Assembly: GCA_002633005.1 (NCBI GenBank)
Contig: NMRA01000170.1
Span: forward strand, 216,301-280,300
Length of the DNA stretch: 64,000 nt
Direction of reading: 5' to 3'
Source of the DNA: Phoronis australis
Lineage: Eukaryota > Animalia > Phoronida
Part shown: piece by piece, positions 55,013-64,000 of the stretch
Numbering within the stretch: position 1 is the stretch's first letter
Layout: each line of letters starts with the position of its first letter
Position numbers and translations under genes: made by a program
The notes under the pieces: generated by a model
What the model was told of the DNA's origin: nothing
What the model saw: only the letters and a program-made list of their open reading frames with translations
Databases searched by the model: none

Positions 55013-57561
55013 AGATGATGGCACCATTCAGGAAGCTATGTTCCCGTTTTCTCCACAGAGAGGAACCTGCCATCATGCCATTTGGTCATTGGTTGAAGAA
55101 AGTTGAGAAAAATGACTACAATAGGTGTGGCTAAGTGCAGGATACACAACACAAGAAAGATGTTCAAAGCTCTTGCAATGGCAGAAAGTGATGTAAAGCT
55201 CTTTATCCAGGAAAGCACTAGCCATTCATTGTGTTCCTTTGTCAAATTTTGATGGATGAGAGTAGCGATGTTGAGGGAAAAGGAAAGTGGCTTCTTTAGA
55301 TGGACCCGTATTTTGCGATGGTGTTTTTGTGGGAGATGTTTGGATCCATGATTGAACAACTGTGGTAATTTGATGCAATGACGACCATTAAAAGAGGCTG
55401 ATATTAAAACCTATTTTCTTTAGAGATCTATCCACACTAGATATGAAGTGTGGGTGGTGCTGAACTTTTGTCCAGTTAAAACTCTATCACCAGCCACTGA
55501 CTTCAAGCAAATTTTAAAACAAATGCCAGAATTTGATTATTTTAATGGCAGCAATGTTGATTATAGTTGTAAATGCTACTTTTAATTTAAATAATAAAAT
55601 ACTTTTATTGTCTATCAACTTATGGTATATATGAACAATAAATTAATTATATAGTTGTAAGACAATAATTTTCATATCAACACTCGCAACTTCATGAATA
55701 ACCTCGTAAGTACAGATTGATCTTGCTTATTACAAATCTCATTGTAACATAACAGCTGGCAGTTTTGATTTGCCCACTTAGTGGGCAGGCTTACCAGAAC
55801 ACAAGAAATGCCAGACATGACTTCCAGCATGTGATTTGTGCCACGTGGTTGTAAACAAGTCAGGCATTGTGGTTATATCTTCAGTTTTCTAAAACCAGCA
55901 CTTGTTACCGTGACAACACTACCAAAATAACATTGAAAAATCAACAGCCAGGTCATGCCCTAGATAAGTTAAAAATACCAGTTGCCAACTATAACCTGTG
56001 TCTGGTTGAACTGATGAAAAATTAATGCTAGTGAATGAAAACTTATTAAATAATATCCAGCAACTGTTTCTAAGAGACCAACCAACCTGATATCGTGATA
56101 AGTGGGTAACCAGTCCAGCAAATGCAAGAACTCACAATCCCTGCTGATTACCTTGACAAGTTTACGATAACAATATTGTGATTCATCATTCAGATATCTC
56201 CACCGTGACCCCAATATGACCTAACAAAAAACAAATTTTATGGGTTCAAATATAATAGCCACAATCCAATGGTATGTTGACTGATGACAACAGTTTACAC
56301 AACCTTTACAACACAGCCTTCAACTAAGTTTTCACCATCTGAATCCACTGAGATAAGTTCATGAGTTGGGGGAAAAGAGAAGTTACTACTGAATCACATA
56401 AACTTGATATATAAAACAAAACAATTGTAAAGGACAGATGCCATCATTGAATAACAACTCATTTTATTTTATCTGTCTGAAAATTTCAAATAAAATTCAT
56501 GCAATCACGGTCAAAAATTTCAATTTAAATTTTTAATCTGAAGGAGATTTCGGCTTGTCATTTAAATTAAAGCAGTAGTAAGCACGGTAGAAGCATTTTA
56601 CAATTCAAACATTGTTCTTTAGTTAATAGTACTTATTGATCTTGGGGTGATCGTGTTACAAACTCATCCATCACTGTCAAAGGCCAGTAAGAGTTCACCA
56701 CTTCCCTCAGTGACTAACTCAAACCACAACCGTACATGACAGAAGTAATGAAGTTCTCTCAACTTCCCACCCTATCATGCACTACACCAGTGATATGCGC
56801 ATGCCTTCTCAGTGACTAGACATAGTCGTGAACACCACAACCTACGTTTTCAAAGAGGTCATTGTGTAATCCATGTTGAAAGACCTGCAAAGAATGGTTC
56901 ACAAAAAGGCAATTCTTTGGTATATGATACAGAACATAACAAATAAGTGAAAAAATACTGTTACCTCATAAAAACAGGTCATTCTGTAAACAGGAAAAGC
57001 GACAGAATGCTTTAGCCTACTTAATAAATGTCCTGTTAGCCCCCCTTCATAGGTCTTCAGACCAGCTGTTATGACAGGGAATCATTTTGTCTCAATACTT
57101 TTGGGAGCACTTTAAGTACTGGCACACTGTTTTGCACAAAATGGAAGTGCCTTGTTTGCTGAGTTAAATTGAGCAAAGGGCGTGGAATTTCATCCCGATC
57201 TTGCTCTCATAACACCACGAGATTGACCAATGAACGCTATGTAAATTTATACTTGAGATATCACCTTTTTGGGTGCAACTTTTAGGGCAAATAGTGTGGA
57301 ATCACTCACAAATAAAATATAACTTTAAAGCCACTGGGGTCACTATGAATATATCTATCTTTTTCTCATGTAGTTTTCTTCGCACATTCTCAACCTAATG
57401 ACTAAATACGTTGTAGACATGAAATAATCATAAAATGTAAATCATCATGTCCTAGCCTATAGACTCTCCACAGTTCGCAGTTTTTTTTCAAGAAAATTTC
57501 ACCAGCATACTTTTCTGGAAATTTTAAATCTTGCAGCACAATTTAATAGCACCCATATCAA

Positions 57562-57686
57562 AATGATCCACATGTTAAACCTAATACATATACAACTAAT
57601 ACAATGATCCACATGTTAAACCTAATACATATACAACTAATACAATGATCCACATGTTAAACCTAATACATATACAACTAATACAA
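57562..57686. repeat. Perfect 41-bp tandem repeat, 3 copies
   Basis: AATGATCCACATGTTAAACCTAATACATATACAACTAATAC at 57562, 57603 and 57644. Confidence 0.95.
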
Positions 57687-58683
57687 GCACTGATTCAACC
57701 AGTTTAAATCCATCGCTGGCAAATACAATTAAGTGAACAGTCGAAATTTCAACTCCTTGTTTTAAAACTTAACCAACCAGGCCCAAGTAACTGTTAAGAT
57801 TCAGTGTCATTCGGTTTGGAGAGTATTTTGCAAGCTCACACACTAAGGTTTAAAAACAGAAGTTCAAGCGCAGACATTACAAAAGCCCGAGTGTTTGATT
57901 TCAACTTCAGACAATAGTTCACATATCAAGGTTGAATCCTGCAGTCCTTTGCTCAACAACACAGCCCAATTATCTGCAATAACGTTTCAAAGTTAATGAA
58001 ACCCTTTCATCAACAGGTTACAATCGAACCGAAACCTAACCTTTTGGCCAACTTTTATCATAATTATAGGTAAAAATAACCCCACCCTAACTTTTCACAG
58101 GGAATTCAATTTGAGATGTCACAGTTTGATCTATCATTAGTTTTAGTCCACAATTTATTAATTTATTTTAGCCAGTATTTTATTGCTGTGAACTCATTGC
58201 TAATGCAGTTATTGCGCTGCTCCATACAACAGGCCTCTAGACAACAGCCCTTTTGTACAATGTATCGACAAAGTAAAAGGTGCTGGTACGACACTGGCCG
58301 AGATTCTAATGATTAAACCTACTACAAACCTGCCTTCCATCAAAAATAACCTGATTTAGTTGACTTACAATGTAATTGGTCTCAATAAGCTGGCTCGTCA
58401 CAATAGGTCATTTCACGAACCTAGCATGATCTGTAGGTAGCCTACAACGAAACGTCACTTCTTTCCAATCTCAGAAACTTTCTCATCTGATCAGGAATAA
58501 GTTAGCTAAGTGGTCTAAATCAAAAGTTGATTCTTTTTGATGGAACACTGGTTAACAGCATCTTTATGAATAAAACAAAAAAGCAATAAATTAATACAAT
58601 TAACAAATTTGGTCAAATTTAGCTGAAAATAAATAGTAAAAACGACACGATAGCTTTTCTTATTCTTTTACGCCTAACTAATG

Positions 58684-59706
58684 TTAGCTCATATCTAACT
58701 GTAATTTAAGAATCATCTTCAATGAAGGATCTTCAATCTTCTCAATTTCTGCAAGAGCAGTCTTCCCTCCATCCTTGTAAAAGCTTGTCAACTCGGTCGC
58801 ATATTCTATCCACACACAATTCGCACATCCACTCATACAGCAGAACTGTGGAGGCTCCGGTACGTTCTTCATTACATTCGGGCCACCATCCCCTAAAGTC
58901 CTGGTCCTTAGACTTGACTGTTCACTAGTATCCACTGTTGATTCAGTATGAAAGAATTCGACGTCATCTTTTAGAACATTTGCCACGGTGGCCATTTGAC
59001 GTTTTGTGTGTTCTTTTGCAGCATTAAAACTACCACACCCACATACCCGACACAGCATCTATAAAAGAAAATTAACACACATTACCAATTCCTACCTGAC
59101 TGGAAGTGCTAAACGGAGGACAAAACTTAATAGTTAATAGGGGGAGGTGTGGATGAGTTTATCCCCAATTGACAGATGGGGAGCACTTCTCCATTGACTG
59201 AGTGACCCGGTCATGAATTGGAAAAGTGATTGACTAGGCGGTTTGGCCCAGCATCTCTCACTCTCAGGATCCACCCCTGTAATGTTTCTTTAACTAATAA
59301 GATTTAACCATCCAACAGAACAATCTTCTAATTCTATGAATATCACACGAGTATTTTGACCAAGATTTAATGTTTGAAAAGTTAGTTCATGGCTTTTCAT
59401 TCACTCCTAAGTCTATCACAGTCACTTAGCGCATAAATCCACAGATTCCTTGGTGCCGAACTCCTAGTGGTGGCTGGAGTGATTTTGTCACAGATCACCA
59501 AGACATTTGCTGAAATTTGTTAACATTAACATTAATCAAACATGACATGAGAGTCACCAAAACTGTCCTAACTCGAGCCTAAGCCTAAACTGTTGAACAG
59601 TTCAGAACTGTTTCTTTTCAGACAATTGGCATGGTTAGCTAAACATTTTACAAACCTTCATTGATTGGCTTAGACTTCGTGCACCGATACTGCAGACTGC
59701 CGACAT
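58684..59706 (-). CDS. OXLD1: Oxidoreductase-like domain-containing protein 1, 2 exons, 141 aa
   Basis: Exon 59706-59656 (MSAVCSIGARSLSQSMK, donor gtttgt) and exon 59058-58684 (acceptor ttatag). Contains the signature PEPPQFCCMSGCANCVWIEY and C-terminal IEDPSLKMILKLQL. Confidence 0.88.
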
Positions 59707-61164
59707 TCTTATTTTATTACGCGAAGACCTGGCAGCTTGATTTTCTCTTCACAAACTGAGAATCGCAAATGACGAAATGAATGCTCACAGTTGATATGCA
59801 CTTATAAATAGGTCACTATTTAAGTAACTTTAGAAAATAGGTCAAGTACATGACGTCATAGCTTCAGAATCGCCGGAAAACTTGATGTTCCGTTTCTTAT
59901 GTGGTGTGAAACTTCCTGGGGCTTCTGAAGTTCTGACATCACGGATGAAAGTTTTGTAACATAGAGCTACAAAAGTGCGAGTTGTCTAATTAAAGCGTCT
60001 AAAGTCCTCTTTTATTCATTATTTATGCTTACGAAATGGCGCAGTTACGAAGTTAAGTTCCCAGTCCACGATTTGTGACGTCCGAGGTCGATGCGATATG
60101 ACCTCCAGCACGTTCCACACCGCTGTTGCTGATTGGGTGAAACGATAGCTGACGTACTTATTCATAATTTTTCGCGAAGGGTAAATCCTGGTTTGTGCTA
60201 ATAAAGGATTGTCTTTGTAGTCAGTGCCGGCTTTTTAGGTCGAGTGATCGCCGGGTACGTACTCCTCGGCAAAGCGACGAGGGTTCGTGTACTTTTCCTG
60301 CGATTTACTATTGAACCCAGTGGCGGATTTGGGGAGCCAAGGGGGCCATGGCACCCCTGAAATTCTTCAAGATTCCATGATTGGGCAGTTCGGGAGTGCC
60401 TATGTCTGACAGGCAGGCCTGGCTAATCTCTGAATACTCTGCCCTGCCCCCCCCCCCCAAATCCTGAACCCGCCCATATGCCCCACGAAGTATACGTTGG
60501 GACTTGCTCCCCTTTGGAATACGGGCGATGGGATTTACAAAAAAATGACTGGGTCGGTCATGTATACACCGCCAGTATACCGTTTTTAAGTTTCAGGTTT
60601 TACATGGACGTTTTTCCTCAAATTGTGGATGGCCCTAATAATCTGCCGCCCCGGCGTGATCGCGATCATTAGTGCGATCGTCAGCGCCGAAAGACCACTG
60701 AACTCGGGCCGAAGCTTATATGCCTGTTAATTTTGTTCAATGTTGCCTCTCTATGAGCTTGACTTTTTGATGGAATTCATAGTTATAAAAAAAAAAAACA
60801 AATTGAAACGCTTTTCATGGTTTAGCAAAACCTGTTCCTCATTACGGTGTTCGGTGTTGCTCCCAACTTCCTTGTTCGCGATTTTATAGCCCAACAAGAA
60901 GTTAGGAAGTTTACCCCTGTAGCCATATATCTTACCCGACTGATTAATTCCATTCTGGCATTTAGGGTTGGAGGGCCAGCTCTCTTTTGTTCGATAATTG
61001 CTCTAATCTCCAATACATCATGGGTACCCGAATCTTTAGCGGCTGTCCCCCGAGCCGGAGAGCCATAGAGTGGACAAATGAAGTTGAACAGCCGAATGTC
61101 ATCATCCTACATCGTAGTAGTCTGGGTCGGAGCCAGGGAGCTGAATTTGGATTTGCAGAATATA

Positions 61165-64000
61165 TTTTTTCCTTTGCTGTTTCATGTAGCCTAGGGTTAA
61201 CTAACCATGATTTAGGGGGGTGACCGGTCGCAACCCTTGAATGAATATCCAAATTAAGGTGGCCATTATGCAAAATTCTATGTTTGCTTACTAAGCACTC
61301 CAGGCAGACGTTTTAATCCATGTTTCCATGGTCAGCAAATTTAATGGTCCAATTTTTTTGTGGATATATCGTCAATTTGCATAATTTATGCAAATTAAGA
61401 CCGTCAAAATTCGCCTTGTGCTTATAGCCACGGTACCAGGCACCACACATGAATTATCATGATATCTTCGCCTATACTCTTACGGTCAATTAGTTTAATG
61501 AAATCAGTTTGCATGATGTTGCGTAATCAATTTGCAAATTAAGGCTGCCATTATTCAAAATTCCACTTGTGCTTATAGCTGCAGTACGAAGCACCACAGG
61601 TAAACTATCATGATATTTGAACCAATGTTCCTATGGTCAGTTAGGTTAATGAAATCAGTTTGCAAGTTGCATAATAAACTTGCATAATTTATGCAAATAA
61701 AGGCAGCCCTTATTAAAAATAATTATGTTTCTGCTCGTAACTTTCTAACGGGGGGCACTATTAAACCCAGAACAATAACTTGTCAATATAGGGCACAATG
61801 ACAAGATGTTTCAAATGCTAATTCGACAGTGAGAATGTGAGCACACTAGAATATGACATGCCCAAAATATTGTGCGGGCTGGTAGACAATTGACGCTGGA
61901 ACTGTGTCTGCTTGAATTGCATGGAATCGTACCTTTGCAGGCATACCGTCCTATAACTTATCTGCAGTATGATCATGAATAGAGGCGAGTCGGACATGGA
62001 CACCATCCGGAATTGAAGATGATGGTGAGAGCGATTTGTTTATGACATCTTTCTTAGAAACCATAGTCCTCTGGGTCTAGTACTGGTGACATTCCACCGC
62101 ATGACTTACTGGTATTGGGCTCTTGTTACATTCTCTGTGAATGCCTCTGTTGTCGGTGACCGTAGAGTACACAGTCTGGGGGTGGATACCATCTCTTGCC
62201 GTTTTCTTCCCCATACTAGTAGTCTGGTTCCTAGATCTCGAAGTCTGATAATATTGCCTATCCAATGCTTATTGTTTCATGTACATTAACTGTTGGAGTA
62301 TCAATCCTGTCACTGCTAAGTTTTACTACTGCAACTTTGGGATGGACCTTGGGATCCAATAGATCGATGCTAGTTTCTACGTTTTGACAGATTCGTACAA
62401 TATCCTGGGCATCTGCATCAAGACGTGCCTTACTTTCTTCTGTGCTATAGGTTTCAGTACACGATGCAATATTATGGCTCTCCACATCTCCAAGACCTGT
62501 TTCAACCTTGTAGGACAAACGGCAACTTGTGCCCAAAGCTTAAGAATCTCTTCTTTGAGGACAGTTCCCTACTATGCTCTCAATACTATGCTTCCACTAC
62601 TGGTCCATATAAACTGATCGCCATTCCACCCAGGTCATTCAACTAACCTGCGTTTTGTCTATGGTCTGTGGGAGAGCAGGTCAATAGGCAATATCTTTTT
62701 AGAAGTTAAGGTCTCAAACTGCCGAGCACGAACTGCACACAATATTTTCTTACTTGTTCTTCAAAAAAAGAGATTCTGCAAATTTACCATGCTAAAACCT
62801 GCAAACAGATTTCTTTAAAGTCATTGAACTTAGAAACATGAGGGCAAATATTTATAACCAACCTCTGATGTCTGATACAGCAGTTATAAGCAACAAGTAG
62901 AATTTTGAATATGGCAGCTGTAATTTGTGTAACTTATCAATTATGGAAATTCTTGATTACCATGAAAACATGAGATACAATACGAAAATAATTCACATGT
63001 AATGCCCGTAAGGATATTACGAGCAGGAACAGTATTTCGAATACTGGTGCCCTTTATTTGTATAAATCATTGTAACGCGCGTAGGTCAGCGCCCCGCTCT
63101 TTGCGTCAGCGCAGGTATGTTACTAGATTTCTAGTGTAGTGTGACAGCTCAGTTTGTACTGAGGTCTTTGACCTGTTGAAGTTAATTTTATGTTATTAAC
63201 AAGACTGTCGTGTTATTCACAGAGAGGGGTTGTTTTGGGGTGTGGCAAGCTCCTGTATAACATTATGCAAATTTATCATGCAAAACTTGCAAACCCATGA
63301 TATTCAATTGATTGACTACAGAAACATGGGTGCAGACGTTAAAATATTTTTCATAAGGTGCCTGGTACTTCAACTGTAAGCAAAAGTAGGATTTTGAATA
63401 ATGGCGGCCTTAATTTGCGTATAGTATGCAAATTCACGATGCATCAACCAGCAAACGCGCTCCATTAAATTCACTACCATGGAAGCATAGATGATAACAT
63501 TAAAGTAACCTGTTTGCAGTGCTTGGCAAGGGCGCTATTAGCAAAATATAATTTTGAATACTGGTGGCCTTAATTCGCATTAATTATGCAAATTTATCAT
63601 GCACCAACTTGCAAACTAATTTCGTTAAACTAATTGACCATAGGAACATAGGTGCAAATATCATGATAATTCAGCCGTGGTGCTTGGTACCGCAGCTATT
63701 AGAACAAGTAAAATTCTGAATAGTGACGACCTTAATTTGCATAAATTATGCAAATTCACGACGAATCCCCTAAAAACTTGCACTATGAAATTCATTGATC
63801 ATGGAAACATGAGTGAGTACATCAAAATAATCTGCCTGCGGCGCTTAGTAAGGAAATTATAAGCAAAAATAGAATTTTGCATAATGGCGGTCTTATTTGC
63901 ATATTAAAAAAATGCTCAAGGGTAGCGAACGGTAACACCCCCCCCCCCTCTAAATCATGATTACCTATGCCCAGGCTACATAAAACAGCAAAGAAAAAAA
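61165..64000 (-). mobile_element. Large foldback DNA transposon relic with long modular TIRs and a decayed transposase (Academ-like); runs off the window
   Basis: 61165-61730 is an inverted copy of about 63260-64000, and both arms are built from 140-160-bp subrepeats (TATGCAAATTAAGG...CAAAATTC). The internal minus-strand fragment at 62230-62640 reads ...LKEEILKLWA...EESKARLDADAQDIVRICQNVETSIDLLDP...VNVHETISIG, with stops and frameshifts. Confidence 0.7.

Noticed and set aside
57562-57686. 41-bp repeats as a CRISPR array
   Set aside because: The copies are directly adjacent with no spacers, there are no cas genes, and the context is eukaryotic.
63071-63247. TG...CA insert (solo LTR or Helitron end) within the foldback element
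   Set aside because: No TSD and only a weak hairpin plus CTAG, which is not enough to call.

Overview
AT-rich, intron-rich eukaryotic (invertebrate animal, probably protostome) genomic DNA, not prokaryotic. Six spliced protein-coding genes were assembled by hand with phase-consistent exons: a Quiver/Sleepless-type Ly6 GPI-anchored protein (+), an ecdysteroid-kinase-like (EcKL/CHK) kinase (-), a divergent N-acetylneuraminate lyase (NPL)-like aldolase (-), tektin-3/5 (-) head-to-head with NUBP1 (+), and OXLD1 (-). Introns and intergenic DNA hold many TE relics: two CA-ended TIR elements with 8-bp TSDs, a 5'-truncated LINE, a Penelope fragment with inverted arms, a large foldback element with a decayed transposase, and several MITEs. 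The best leads are the Tektin3/5-NUBP1 divergent pair (matching human TEKT5-NUBP1), the NPL-like enzyme with an intact catalytic core but altered sugar-binding residues, and its candidate micro-exon N-terminus. All family assignments come from motif recognition; no searches were run.
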